Source of the DNA: Octopus vulgaris
Taxonomy: Eukaryota
Length of the DNA stretch: 64,000 nucleotides
Assembly (NCBI GenBank): GCA_951406725.2
Contig: OX597817.1
Location: 64,356,001 to 64,420,000 of the forward strand
Direction of reading: 5' to 3'
The position numbers and the translations under genes are program-made. Every line of letters starts with the position of its first letter. Positions within the stretch are counted from its first letter, which is position 1. Below are positions 38,250 to 51,327 of the stretch, piece by piece. The notes under the pieces were generated by a model. It was not told where the DNA came from. It did not search any database and worked only from the letters and a program-made list of their open reading frames with translations.

Positions 38250-38601
38250 TATAATCAAAATAAGCAACAAGAGTAACTTCGGTAATTTGGTACGATCGTT
38301 TCACGCAACATCATTTTATTAAATGTTGTAAGTATTACAACAGTTTTAAAATGTTGAGCAATCATCAGCCATTAATAGAGATTTTCCATTAATACATAAT
38401 TTTCATATCAATTGATAACATTATAGAGAAGGTAGATATAATGTTATCAATTGATATGAAAATTATGTATTAATGGAAAACCTCTATTAATGGTCAACAT
38501 TTTAAAACTGTTGTAATACTTACAACATTTAATAAAATGATGTAGCGTGAAACGATCGTACCAAATTACCGAAGTTATTCTTGTTGCTTATTTTGATTAT
38601 A
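38250..38601. repeat. Near-perfect fold-back hairpin (arms ~176 and ~165 bp, 11-nt loop) carrying an HHR
   Basis: 38250-38425 is the reverse complement of 38437-38601 except for about 3 substitutions and an 11-nt deletion. Confidence 0.95.
38288..38371 (-). ncRNA. Type I hammerhead ribozyme with canonical core and long stem II
   Basis: Minus strand TGG-CTGATGA-TTGC..(nested CATTTTA/TAAAATG and TGTTGTAA/TTACAACA)..GCGT-GAAA-CGATCG-TA-CCA. Confidence 0.82.
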
Positions 38602-40656
38602 TATATATGAGCTTTCACACCATTTCTGTCTCCTAAATTTACTCATAAGGCTTTGGTTGGCTTGGGGTTATAGTAAATGATACTTGCCCAAGGTGCCATG
38701 AAATGGGACTGAACCCCAAGCCATGTAGCTGTAAAGCAAGCAACCACACTGCCATACCTATGTCTATGTCTTGTTCCATTTTTACAACAGCAGAATATGT
38801 AGAATATGTTCTGAGGGAAATTTAGCAGCTATTTTCAACAAGTTGAGTGACCACATTGAAGCTTTCTGATGTTGACGTTATGAGATCAAGTCTAAACTGT
38901 AATGGATTGGAGCAGTCAACTTGTGTCCAAATATGACCACTTCTCAGATACCAATAGTACTTCATAAAGAGCAGTAGCAATGGAGATGCCACTGCACAAG
39001 CAATCAACTAGAGAACATGGCTATGACCACCTAAGTTACATCTACTGAAGGGCCTCACAAATGAAGAAATTATGGAAATAGTGAGTTTTCATCACCATAG
39101 ATGCACATGATACCCAGACTGCTACAACCACAATTAGCAGTTTTGAAAGGTTTGAATTATACTGTTCTTGAAATTAGCTACCTAGAACACATAGTGTAAT
39201 GTAGCCCAAGATACAGAATGACTGAATATTTCAATATTTTGAGTGTTAGGTAACTAGGTAGCTAGCTAATTTGGAGATCAGCATTAAGGTGTCATCATAA
39301 ATAAATTAAAAAAGTACACTAAAAAATTTCATTTAATTAATATCAAAGGATTTTCATTTCCTTCACAATAATTCCCAGCGAACTAGCACAGTGTTAATGT
39401 GTGTGTGTGTGAAGAGAAGAGAAAGAGAAAGAGATGACAGGTTGGATAGCTGAATAGTCTTGAGACATGAGCTTTCTATAAATCAATCAAATACAAGACA
39501 TAAGCAAATACTAAGACGCACAAAAACAAAAGTAATAAAATGAAAATAAATAAATAGATAAATAAATAATGAAAAAAAATTTAAGACAGACCAATAAACA
39601 TATTGAGAATATCAAGACCAGACAGGTAAAACTGAATGATCTGTTATGGCTGGTTCAGCTACAGACACAAATGTTACCATACTGTGTTGTTTAACCTCCA
39701 GGTTAACCTTTATTGAGCAGATCTATGATCAAAGACCTAAACAAGTATTCTTACTAGAATCAGAATTCCTATGATAGACTGACTTACAACACCAATGTAT
39801 GATATAATATAAAGGACAAAACCACCATAAACCTAGAAGCCAAGAACCCCTAAACAAGTTTAATTCTTTAAGAGTTAGTTTCAATGAAGGACAACTTAAA
39901 ACCATATGAACACAAGATATAAAGGGTGTACAGCCAACAAGCATATCAAAAATATACATCCATTATCAGCTGCTTAATGAATTTCAATGTGATTTCAGCA
40001 TTTTGGCAGTATTTGACGGGCTTCCGTGCTGGTGACATGTAAAAAGCACCGAACAATCGTGGCCGTTGCCAGCCTCCCCTGGCACGTAAAAAGCACCCAC
40101 TACACTTACGGAGTGCTTGGCATTAGGAAGGGCATCTATCCGTAGAAACACTGCCAAATCAGACTGGAGCCTGGTGCAGCCTCCTGGCTTCCCAGACCCT
40201 GGTCAAACCGTCCAACCCATGCTAGCATGGAAAATGGACGTTAAACGATGATAATGATACACACACATATATAAAATTACACACATGTAATTGGATGCAC
40301 TCAACACATGGCAATTAAACCATTGAAAGTTTGGCTCTTATGTTAGTTGCATTAAGCTTGTATTTCTGTTTCAATTGTCTGATGATGTGTTTCAATCCTA
40401 TACCAGCCCTATCAGGTGCATCTCAGAGGTGAAGAATTACATTTGTCTTTGGCTTTCGAGTCTGACAAGATGCCCATGGAGCTAAGCCCTTTCTGGATGC
40501 AAAACTATTGGTTACTCTACATTTAATATATATATATTTTAGAGGAAAAAGGATAACAAAACCAAGGCAGGATGAGTATCTTTAGAGTACTTAATTGGAG
40601 TAAGGTGAATTTAAAGTAATTGGTTAATTAATTAATCAATTATTTATTTGTTGGAT

Positions 40657-40732
40657 GTCTTACAGTTGTTTCTAAGATATCCCAAGTGAAAGGTTAGAAT
40701 CTCCATACACTGGGTATTCTATCATTAGAGAC
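40657..40732 (-). ncRNA. Decayed hammerhead related to the 41648 copy, with longer stem II
   Basis: Minus strand GTCT-CTAATGA-TAGAATACCCAGTG..CACTTGGGATATCTTA-GAAA-CAACTG-TA-AGAC (G5A mutation). Confidence 0.7.
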
Positions 40733-41479
40733 AAGGTGTGTATGTATGAGGTCCAAGACAGAGAATTCACAGTGTATAAAGGAATAAAATATTAGATAGA
40801 AGAATAAAGCATAAAACAGTAGAAAGAAGAATACAGACAGGTGAATAAAGTTCACAACTCATCTTCTTCCATATGTATGCCAAGCATCCTGTCTTTTGTT
40901 AAGTTTTCGCAAAACTATCTTATTTTCTTTCTCTCTCATCCTCATATTCCTTTTCTAGCATCCCTACTTCCACTCTCCCTCTCTCTCATCTTCTCACTCT
41001 TAATTGTAGACTTTCTTCCTTCCTTCCTACCCTGTCCTCTCTGCCACTATCTCTCTCTCTCCCTCTCTCTCTCATCCTTCTATCTACTGCCCACACATGA
41101 CTAATTTTCTCATCTCTGCCTTTTCACCACCAGACATTTAGCCTGCTGGTCAACATTTTCTCCTCTCATACTGTTTCTCTTTTTATATTCATTGAGGACT
41201 TCTTCTAGGCATTACCCATCATTCTCGTGTCTGGCCGAAAGGCTGTATATATTCTGTCTTCGTCTATCATTACAAATTACATTTGTTTACTTTCATACAT
41301 CCACCCTGTATTATATCGTTTCCATGAGCCCTAATTCTCCACAAATTTTGCAGGCACCACTGATATACAAAGTTCTCATTAAAGGCACAGAAGAGTGTAT
41401 TTTTGGTCAATAACTGAAGAAGAATTAGGGTCCTTCTGTGTCTATCTTACATATACGTTTTGTAGTAAATGCATTTTTC

Positions 41480-41517
<38 letters not shown>

Positions 41518-41647
41518 CATTCTGCTTACATAATGGAACTGCAAATACAATATCCTTATGTATCTCACATCTGTTTCCATTCCTCCACTTCACTCAGTAT
41601 TTCATATCTTCCCTATAATAACTATTACTTAAATATTTTCTCACACT

Positions 41648-41695
41648 GTCTCTGATGAAGGGATGTATAAAATATCCCGGAAACAGCTGTAAGAC
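41648..41695 (+). ncRNA. Minimal type I hammerhead ribozyme with canonical core
   Basis: GTCT-CTGATGA-A-GGGATGT(ATAAA)ATATCCC-G-GAAA-CAGCTG-TA-AGAC; palindromic stem III, GUA site. Confidence 0.85.
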
Positions 41696-41774
41696 CATCT
41701 CTTTATAAATGTTCTGAAAACTATTCACAGCCTTGGATTTTTTATTCCATTCTGTTGATTCTTATATATACATG

Positions 41775-41912
<138 letters not shown>

Positions 41913-41964
41913 ACATACATATGTGTGTGTGTGTGTGTGTGTAGATAGATAGATAGATACATCA

Positions 41965-42345
41965 TGGCACTCTGTTGGTTACGATGACAAAGGTTCCAGT
42001 TGCTCCGATCAACAGAACAGCCTGCTCATGAAATTAACATGCAAGTGGCTGAGCATGCCACAGACATGTGTGCCCTTAGCGTAGTTCTTAGGGAGATTCA
42101 GCATGACACAAAGTGTGACAAGGCTGGCCCTTTGAAATACAGGTACAACAGAAACAGGAAGAAAGAGTGCGAGAAAACTGTGGTGAAAGAGTACAGCAGG
42201 GTTCAACACCTACCCCTACCAGAGCCTCATGGAGCTTTAGGTATTTTCACTCAATAAACACTTACAACACTTGGTCTGGGAATCGAAACCATAATCCTAT
42301 GACCGTGAGTCTGCTGCCCTAACCACTGGGCCATTGCACCTCCAT
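41965..42345 (-). mobile_element. SINE family C, tail type 2
   Basis: Head and body match 2941-3255; the 3' part is different. Confidence 0.85.
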
Positions 42346-42427
42346 GATACATACATACATACATGCATACATACATACATACATACATACATACATACAG
42401 GATAAACACAAATTTATATTAAAATTC

Positions 42428-42797
42428 CTGTGGTAAGTAGCTTGCTAACCAACCACATGGTTCCGGGTTCAATCCCACTGCGTGGCATCTTGGGCACCAA
42501 TGCCTTGTGAGTGGATTTGGTAGACGGAAACTGAAAGAAGCCTGTCGTATATATGTATATATATATATGTGTGTGTGTTTGTGTGTCTGTGTTTGTTCCC
42601 CTAGCATTGCTTGACAACCGATGCTAGTGTGTTTACGTCCCCGTCACTTAGCGGTTCGGCAAAAAGAGACCGATAGAATAAGTACTGGGCTTACAAAAAG
42701 AATAAGTCCTGGGGTCGAGTTGCTCGACTAAAGGCGGTGCTCCAGCATGGCCGCAGTCAAATGACTGAAACAAGTAAAAGAGTAAAAGAGTAAGAGT
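42428..42797 (+). mobile_element. SINE family A, young copy
   Basis: Same head, microsatellite and tail; CpGs retained. Confidence 0.9.
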
Positions 42798-43020
42798 ATG
42801 TGTTTCACTATTATGATTATTTAAAGCCCTGTGGTAGATGCTCCAAATGAATATTGATACTCATCAACAGATCTGCAGAGAACACTTTAATGTATCAAGT
42901 TATAGATATAATTTGACAATTGTTTTTTCCCAAATTATATGTTTTGCCAAATGTCCTCTACACTGTCCCCACATATAATGTCACCATTATTGCCAGCAAC
43001 TTAGAAACTTCAGAATATCT

Positions 43021-43440
43021 TTTAACTTTAACTTGTTTCAGTCATTGAACAGCAGCCATGCTGGGGCAATGCTTGGAGGCTTTAGTTGAGCAAATCAATC
43101 ACAATACGTTTTTCTTTTATAGCATGGTACTTATTCTATCAGTCTTTTTTGCTGAACCACTAAGTTATGGGAATGTAAACACACCAACACTAGTTGTCAA
43201 GCAACATATAAAGACGACACAAATATGTTTACACACACACACACACACATACACACACACACACATATACACACATGCATATTCAATAGGCTTGTTTCAT
43301 TCTCCATCTACCAAATCTACTCACAAGTTTTTCACATTTTCACCATCCTGGCACTATAGTAGATGACACTTGTCCAAAGTGCAACACAGTGGGACACAAC
43401 CTAAAACCATATGGTTGAGTGCCAAACTTTTTGCACCTGT
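43021..43440 (-). mobile_element. SINE family A, old copy
   Basis: Tail, middle and head recognisable in reverse complement. Confidence 0.8.
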
Positions 43441-45677
43441 GCCTATAGCTACACTTGTGCCTATAGCTCACTATTCTTTTATCTATTTAGTTATTGATAT
43501 TTGTGGTTTCTGTTTAGTTCTTTCCTTTATCATATTATATATTTTTACTGCTTTATTTTAGTTTCTTCATTCTTCAACTTCATTCCCCTACTCCTTCTCT
43601 TCCTCTTATTGTTTCATTGCAACAACCTATGATATACCTTTCAATATCAATCTTTTTCCATTTCAAACAATAGTCTTCTATCACTCTCCTCCTAAGGGCC
43701 AAGTATTATAATCCTCATCCTAACTATAATTCCCTTTATTCCTCCACCCTTACATTCTTTACACACCAAAGTATTACACTATATTAATCAGCCATTGGAT
43801 ACACAAACACTTTTCATTACCCTACAAGTACTTTATCTCCACCCCATACACACATATACTCACATATACAAATCCTAATTTCTTTAATTTTATTTGCACT
43901 CAGATGGATTCAAAAATGACTGAAACAAGATCAGTTTTGTTTGTACCATCATCTAAATGAATAAATATATCCACTCTACTTTATGTTATTGAGAACTTGG
44001 ACTGAAATTGTGACTCTTCTAGTCTTTTTTAAATGGATATTTACAAATATACAAAGGGGTTATAACTAAATACTGCAAAGTATCTTATCCAGTGTTAATG
44101 ATTATTCATTTTTGTGAAATGCAGTTTTGCAGATAAAAGAAGTTTTAATTCATTTTGCTTTAATTGGGTTCATATGGTTTCATATGAGATGAACATCAAA
44201 TTGAGATTTGATGTTCATCTTATTTAATAATTTAAAGATTTCAGAAAGATAAATAAGACCATTCCTTTGGATTTCTAGCTTACTACATATTTTCTAATAA
44301 CAAAACTTATAAGTTACCAAAACAGATACTATAGAGAAAACAAAAATATTGCTTTTATGAACTTCATGATACTATTTGGTATTGTAGTAGATGACACTTG
44401 AATTCTTGTTCAGTTTCATAGCAAAATTTCCCAAAACTACAGGTTTGGTTATGGATAGGTCCCACTTATTCACTGCTTTATTAACATTGTATAAAGTTTT
44501 TATATATTTCTTAAATGTCTTATAGCTAAGTGTTGCTGATAAATAACACAGAGAAACACAAAGATATCTGAAGATTCTTGTTTTAAGTGTGCTATAAATC
44601 CATGATGGTGACCAGTCATGATAAGTGCTCCATCAGTTGTATATGCAATAATATTTGTGAGAGGAATATTCTTATTATTAAAAGTGCTCAGTTACTCTAT
44701 AAATTTTATAGAATCTTTCTGTCAGTTTACAATTGCTTGGCAAATAAAAACTCTTCTATAACATCTTGATTAGTATTTGCATAAAAAACATTAGCACAAA
44801 TAGCAAAAATCCATTATCACAAGAAGTTGTCTCATTGAGTTATAATAAAAATTCTATGGTTTGTAAAACCTATAAACTGTTTTGTTGGGGATTTTTTTCC
44901 CAATGTTATATATCATTTCTTTAGTTCTTGATAAAATGAAACTATTGCTGACAGGAATTAGTGATGTAATATTACTTTTACCAGGAATCATCCAGAATAT
45001 TTATAACTTCATTTGTGACTAGAAAGACAAGATCTTCACCAATAGTAAGTGGTGGTCCATATCTGGTGATTAATTTTCAAATTTTGTTTGATGCAACTTT
45101 CTCTAACTGACTTCTATGTTTCACAATCAACTCATTAACGATGAATCATTTTTTAAATATATTTTTTTAAAGTCCTAAACACAGGTTACATCCCTTTTTG
45201 TTTCACCTGGATGATTTGTTTTTAAAGTTCCCTCATTCATGAAGTTTTCATTCTATTGTTTGAGTAAGTTTATTCAGATAGACATATTAGTAACTATTCC
45301 CTTTTAAATGACACATGAGCTCCCTATTTAAAATACATGAGTAATGTTAACACTTTCATTTTACATATTTCATAATGCTAATCGCAATATCAATGTTTAC
45401 ATAAAACCTTTAGCTAAATGAAGGACTGGTGTACATATAAAATAAATAAATAGATAAAATTAGCTTCAACTGAACGCTATAAGAAATAATCTGAGGAATG
45501 ATTCATTTATACAGATTTAAATATAAATAATTGTTAATATCGTTTAATTATGCTAATCATTGAACCAAAGTAAAACATTTTTGGTTACATGGATGTTGAC
45601 AAAAATATTTAAAAATGAATAGAATCATAATACTTTCATTATTCAATACTTTCATCCATTAATATTTACTGATATTT

Positions 45678-45890
45678 TAAGGCAGCAAGCTAGCAGAATC
45701 ATTAGCATGCCAGGTAAAGTGCTTTGTGACATTTTGTCCATATTTACATTCTGAGTTCAAATTCTGCAGAAGTAACTCTGTCTTTCATCCTTTCAGAGTC
45801 AATAAAATAAGTACCAGTCAAACACTGGGGATGATGTAATTGACTTAAGCCTCCAAAGAAATTGCTGGCCCTGTGCTAAAATTTGAAACC
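45678..45890 (+). mobile_element. SINE family B (Nin/Deu-domain-like core)
   Basis: GAGTTCAAATTC B box, CTTTCATCCTTTCAGAGTCAATAAAATAAGTACCAG core, 17-bp TSD AATATTTACTGATATTT. Confidence 0.85.
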
Positions 45891-45907
45891 AATATTTACT
45901 GATATTT

Positions 45908-46143
45908 CCCACCTAGATGAGACACCAGTCCATTACAGGATTACTCACTTTTGCTAGCTAAGTGGACTGGAGCCAACATGAAATGAAGTGTTTTACTCAA
46001 GAACACAACACATTGCACAGTCCAGGAATCGAAACCATTATCTTATGATTATGAGTCCAACACCCTAACCACTAAGTCATGTGCCATGGAAACCAGGAAA
46101 CCAGCCCTATGAGTCCATATGACAGAAGATGGGACTTGCTTAC
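45908..46143. mobile_element. SINE family D with inverted 5' part
   Basis: 45908-46085 is antisense head and body; 46083-46143 is the sense tail; flanked by ATTTACTGATATT. Confidence 0.8.
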
Positions 46144-47257
46144 ATTTACTGATATTACAGGATATCTCCTGCTGATATGGCTAACAAAAACATTAAGTTC
46201 TATAAAGGTATTGTTGTTGAAAAATCAAACCAATTATTTATGTAGGCATTCATGTAAGTGGGACCGTTTCATTTCATCTTCACAGCCACCCTAAAACAAA
46301 GGTCTACAGCCCAAAGAATATATCAGAAAATGGCTTGTAAAGTTGTTTGAAGCTAAAACTGAAATTATTGACGATGAGATATTTTCATAAGGTAGAATTC
46401 CCAGGAAAAAGTTATTACCATGTATGTAAAATCTAAGAACTTTCTCTCATTTCTCTTAACTCCTAAACTTCTAACATTCTATAAAAAAAAAGAAAGAAAA
46501 CATGCATTTCATAGATGTCTCCAGACCTGTAATTATTTCCATATTTAATGAAATGGTTCACTTCAATAAAATGCTTAATTGATAAGCCATAAGTTATAGC
46601 ATGCCAACAACTTCTAAAAAGAATGAAACAGTACTATATATGATCACCACCATCTAGAAATTTTAATTGCTTTGTAATATGTAAACAAAAAAATTAAGTA
46701 GGGCAATTCTGTGAGTCTTTTTCTTTATAATTTCTTAATTTCACACAATGACAAAATAATAATTGAAATTACTTCTCATAAACATAAAATTTTAAAGCAT
46801 GATTACAAAATGAAGCAGTTTATATTTATAAGACTAAATGAAGGTAAAAAAGTATTTCATAATAAAAGTATTAATGAGTGACAGTATTCAAGAAAAAGGA
46901 AACACTTTTAATTTCTACTGAAAGGCTTACCAATTATGATATTAACTTTGCAATGAGGTTTATATTAAGTATTATAAAATAGTCACAAGTCAATCACTCT
47001 AATCTTCTTGAGAAAGATTATTTACTTTTATCCCACTACAGATTGAAATATATTATTATCAACCTACTAATGAAATTAACTTTAATGTGTGATTAAAACC
47101 AGTAGAAAATAAAGTCTTCAGCAGATGAGATCTTAATCATCATTATTTTAACATCCACTTTTCCATACATGCATGGCTCAGATGGAATTCATTGAGACAA
47201 ATTTTGACAGTTAGTTGCCAGCCTTCACTTGCTTCTAAGTAAAGTAATATTTCCTTT

Positions 47258-47475
47258 GACTAAGGCAGCAGGCTGGAAGAATCATCAGCATGCAAGACAA
47301 AAAGCTTAATGGCATTTCATTTGTCTTTACATTCTGAATACAAATTCTTTTAAGGTTGACTTCGCCTTTCATCCTTTCAGGGTCAATAAAATAAGTACCA
47401 TTCAAGCACTGGGGTCATTGTAATAAACCTGACCCCCACTTCTGAAATTACTGGCCTTGTGCCAAAATTTGAACC
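47258..47475 (+). mobile_element. SINE family B
   Basis: Same core; TSD TAATATTTCCTT; inserted into an older repeat. Confidence 0.82.
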
Positions 47476-47707
47476 TAATATTTCCTTAAGACTAGACATG
47501 TTTTCACAAAAGATTGAGAACAAATGACACCACTTATATGCTGGTGACACTCATTTACAGCTATCACACAATATCAAGGCAAAGATAAACAACTACACAC
47601 ATACGCACACATATACAGACACACTGGGTTTCTTTAATTTCTATCTTTAATTTCAAATCCACTCACAAGGCTTTAGCCAGCCTAGGACTGGCTCTGTGTG
47701 TGTGTGT

Positions 47708-47749
<42 letters not shown>

Positions 47750-47814
47750 ACGCGTAAGTCGTCTAAGAGTCCATAAGTCAGAAAAAATGCATTCATATAT
47801 CTGTCAATAGAGTG

Positions 47815-47926
47815 GATGTATCATCTGAAGTGTACAGTATTATATATCCATCATGACTAATCTCTGGGCTATCCAAGATCTGCCATAATGGATATATAAT
47901 ACTGTACACTTTGGATAATATATATC
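47815..47926. repeat. Short fold-back hairpin (arms ~50 bp)
   Basis: AAGTGTACAGTATTATATATCCAT / ATGGATATATAATACTGTACACTT is a perfect 24-bp core. Confidence 0.9.
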
Positions 47927-49292
47927 TTAATATATAAAACAGAGTTGTGTGTGTGTGTGTGTGCACGTGTATGTTCCTTATGGATTAAAAAACTGAGTTG
48001 CTGATTTTGATGCATGAGGTATCAAAAGATTCAGTAATCTTTAAGCTACCTAATAAAGTATGTTTTTTGTACAACTATTTTTTACTACAAAAACAACCTT
48101 GAAAACGAGATCAGGTCGCACAATTTTAAGGTCCTTAGCTAAGAGAGGCAACCCTGCCTGAGCAATCTTTATATCTCACATAGAGCATAATGAGTAAATG
48201 TTTAAAATACAAGGAGTTTTACCAGGGAATGAAACTTCGAAGATATACCGTCAACTTTATTAATATTATTTAGTAGATAATCTTTTAATGTGAAGTATGT
48301 TTGTCTGTGTTTTGTTTAGTCCAGAGTTGCCTCTCATGTAGCAAACCCAATGCATAATTTTTTTGTTCTTCCTGAAATGCTGTAAATCTGTGTCTTTCTT
48401 TTGATGAAAGGGTGTGTTTTAAGAGATATTTAGCTGCTATTTGTAGTAGCTCAAGTTACTACAAACACACCTGTGTGTGTGTGTGCATTTTGTTGTGATG
48501 AAAAAATTACTTTTTCTTAGAATTTTTTGCACAATAATTTTTAAAGAAATCTAGACATCTTTCTTACTGCTAACCATTCAACTTCAAATTACAATTGTTA
48601 ATTGTTGAAAGTCAAGTAGACTGAGATGTACATATAGTGTTATCATATAAAGCGGAAGTTCAATACAAAGTTTTGAACTTATTATTATCTTGTGGTTAGT
48701 AATCCATCAAGTATGTATACAGCCTGTACAGATGATGTAAAGCAGATGATAATCAACAAACTTTATTAATTGCTGTATGTTATACACTTCATCCTATATT
48801 GAATCTGATCGAGTCTTCAATAAGATGACTACAACTATACAACACTGTTTGGCAACAAAGATTGCTAATAATGCAATTATAAATTGAGAGGTATAGGAAA
48901 TGAACAATAACTTGCAACCCACAGGGAAATGTCCTGTAGAAAACATAAGCTGAATATATAAACTATACCTCTGAGTTACATAAAATACATGTTCAGATTG
49001 ACTTGGAAACATATGTAGTACAGATTTACCTTCTTCATTCCCTACATCTGCTGATTTATAAATATGTATTTACACACACACACACACATATATATAAATA
49101 CCAGTAAAGAATATAAACCTCCCAATTCAAGTTCCTATGCTTTCCTTCGACTACATTTCAAGCAAACCATTCACTAAATATCATTATCAGATGTTTAATA
49201 CAAATTCCAAGAGCTAAATTTGAACTGGCAAAATTTTTATAATGTTTTATCACTCTTCATCACTATTCCTTCCACCCTTGGCTATCTCCCAA

Positions 49293-49355
<63 letters not shown>

Positions 49356-50249
49356 CTTTCACTCTCTCTCTCTTTCACTCTCTCTCTCTTTCTCTCTCTC
49401 TCTTTCTATCTCTCTCCCCCTCTCTCTCTTTCTATATCTCTCTTTCTCTCTCTCCCCCTCTCTCTCTTTCTATCTCTCTCTTTCTCTCTCTCTCACACAC
49501 ACACACACTAATTTTCTTTCTCTTTCACTTCTCTCCCTTTTCATTTCTCTTTCTTTCTCCTCATTCAATCAAAAATACAAACACTTTCTTTTCTCTATAT
49601 CTTTCATATGCACACATCATGTCCTTCTGCATCCTCTTATCCTCACCCAGCCCTTCTTCCCCCACACATACCCTCCACCTCCAGATATCAAGATCAGCAG
49701 ACAATAAATCAGAAGACAGCAGGATAACAACAACAACAACAGCAACACAGCAACCAAATTCAGATTTAGTACAAAGTTAATCCTTTCCATTAATGAATTC
49801 CATTCAGAGATTGGGACATGGGGTGAGAGTGGAGGTGGAGGTGATTTAAGGTTTGTTTCTTATATAATAGTTATATGGTGTTGTTATTGTTGTTGTTGTT
49901 GTTGTTGTTCTTGTTGTTGTTGTTGTTATTGTTGCTGTTGCTGTTATTGTTGTTGTTGCAACAGTGTTGTCACCCAATGGTTTCCATGAAATCCAGGCTC
50001 TTCCAAGGTAAGGAGTTTTGCAGGTCATGAGGTCCCACATACAAGCCCATTACCATGCATTTCTTACATTTTAGGGTTGACTGAAGCTCCTTAAGTAAAA
50101 TTGAGTAAATGGAAACTGAGTGGAGGCTCATTGAATGGATTGTATCTGCAATTCAGAGGTTCAACCTTGTCACAGATTATGTCATCTTAATTCTGCAGAA
50201 GAATTAAACTAACAATTTATATGCTTGTGAAATACACAGCCATTTACAT

Positions 50250-50615
50250 TTGGATTGCATAACTGCTTCTGTGTCATGGCTGTAGTTAGTGACAACTGCA
50301 TGGTGTGGTTATTTCTGTGTTTCTACTATAATCAATCACCACTGGATTGTGTAAATGCTACCGTGTCATAGTGGAAATAATTAGTAACCCTTCGGTGCTG
50401 TGACTATTTTTGTGCTACTGCTAGGACTAGTAACTACTGGATTGTGTGACTGCTTTTGTGCCTTGGTGGTACTTAGTAACCACATGATGTGACTGCTACT
50501 GTGTTACTTCTGAATTTAATGGTAAATGGATAGTCTGGTTGTTTTTTTTTTTTGTGTGTAATTGCTGGAATTATCAGTTATGGAAAGGTGTAGCTGCTAC
50601 TGTGTCACTACACTT
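50250..50615. repeat. Degenerate minisatellite, ~46-bp unit
   Basis: Recurring ACTGGATTGTGTGACTGCTACTGTGTCA-like motif, about 7-8 units. Confidence 0.6.
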
Positions 50616-51327
50616 CATTTGGTCAACACTAGATTTTATTTAGTAAATGCTAGCAGCTTACTTGGTCAACTGAATCTAATGCTCATTTGATGAACATTAT
50701 CAGTTTATTCAGCTCTTGAAGAGACCGGATATGATTACCAGAGAATGAAAAGAGTCAATTAAACAACCATACAACATAAGTTAATGCAACAAATAATGAA
50801 AAAGAATGATACCATTCTCCCAAGTATGCAGACATTTAAAACAAATGTTCACTTTGTATCATGTTTTGTTATGATAATACGTAGGCAGTACTATTTTCGT
50901 AACTGTAACATTCCATTATATTTACACTCCACATAGAGGTAACATAACTAGCAGTCTGTTGCTATGGCAACTTATCCTTGCTATGGTTTGTTTTTAAATC
51001 TGGTTAACCCTTCCAAAGTAACTGTTCAACAATGTCATTTCTCTACTATATTTAAGGATGCAGAGTTGATAAGAAAACAGTAGAGACCCAGATTTCAGAT
51101 CATATTGGGACAGACTTTGTCATCCCTTCAGAGTTCAATCAAATAAATATCATTAATATTTTGTGATAGTTTCAATTGTTTTTTTTTTCTTTCATGTGAT
51201 CTCCTCCCCTCCCAACTTCTTTGAGATATAGTACCAAATCAAAATAAATTGTTTAGGGAATCTAATTGATCCATTGTACCAGTTTAATATTACTGATATC
51301 ATTACAGTTTGAGAATTCCCTTCTTAC

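Larger units (their letters stand above)
37195..38762 (-). mobile_element. Family A SINE broken by nested insertions (family E repeat and HHR hairpin)
   Basis: Tail 37195-37255, middle 37880-38030, head 38605-38762. Confidence 0.75.
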
